The notes below the pieces were generated by a model. The model did no database searches and had not been told where the DNA came from. It saw only the letters and a list, made by a program, of their open reading frames with translations. A stretch of 64,000 bases of DNA from Vicugna vicugna (Eukaryota), in the NCBI GenBank assembly GCA_013265495.1, contig MU058252.1, positions 902,244 through 966,243 of the forward strand, in the 5' to 3' direction. The number at the start of each line of letters is the position of its first letter. The stretch's first letter is position 1. The position numbers were made by a program, and so were the translations under genes. Positions 63,504 through 64,000 of the stretch are shown here, piece after piece.

Positions 63504-64000
63504 GTGTCCATTAGTAATTTTTCAAGTTACCTGAGCAAGAAAAAAGGAGTGATTACGGAAGCTTGGAGCCAGCATCATCAAATGTGTGCTGGCCACTTAC
63601 TTTGACAGGCATGATTCAGTGCTCTTTATTTTTGGTGAAACTCCTGTGGCTCTGTAACCAGATACCTCCAGGCTGGGGGATGAACTAAGTAATGAGGGGA
63701 AAACAAGATTGCTGGGTTGATATAAATGGTAGATTGCTGGCGCAGAGAATTACTAAGATCTGATGTAAAAGAGCCACTTTCTTCTGGTTTAGTCTTACCA
63801 CATCCTCATTTTTTTTGACCCTAGTATCTCTTTCTGTTTTTAAATTCAGAGTCACAAAATGGCTGGTCCTAGGGCTACGTGAAATAGCAAAATACTTCTG
63901 CCACTATTCTGCTCTCTTGAGAGGAAGTAACAGATGCAGATAATGGTATTATAATAGTGCACTGGGAAGAGCTGCAATTATTCTAATGATTGTCTCAACA

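Overview
Mammalian genomic DNA, very probably camelid (alpaca, llama or camel), judged from vic-1-like tRNA-derived SINEs and a camelid-type L1 3' end. The window holds the 5' end of PRKAG2 (AMPK gamma-2 subunit) on the minus strand. A CpG-island promoter spans about 49.4-51.9 kb, with a 5'UTR of about 0.5 kb and coding exon 1 at 50365-50252 ([38 protein letters not shown], followed by a GTGAGT donor). Bases 1-50251 are intron 1 and I did not find exon 2. The rest is upstream flank. Other recognisable content is interspersed repeats (MIR, L1, L2, MLT1, LTR16/33, MER2B, MER5, MER53, MER81, MER96B, SINEs), named from memory of consensus sequences with approximate boundaries. The most interesting signals are: a 21-codon uORF in the PRKAG2 leader; a probable second promoter and non-coding first exon deep in intron 1 (about 4.1-4.6 kb); splice signals on both strands in the CpG island; a young twin-primed L1 with a perfect 17-bp TSD; an unexplained exact 26-bp direct repeat 1282 bp apart; and several compact enhancer-like motif clusters. 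No prokaryotic-type system, CRISPR array or new protein-coding gene is supported.
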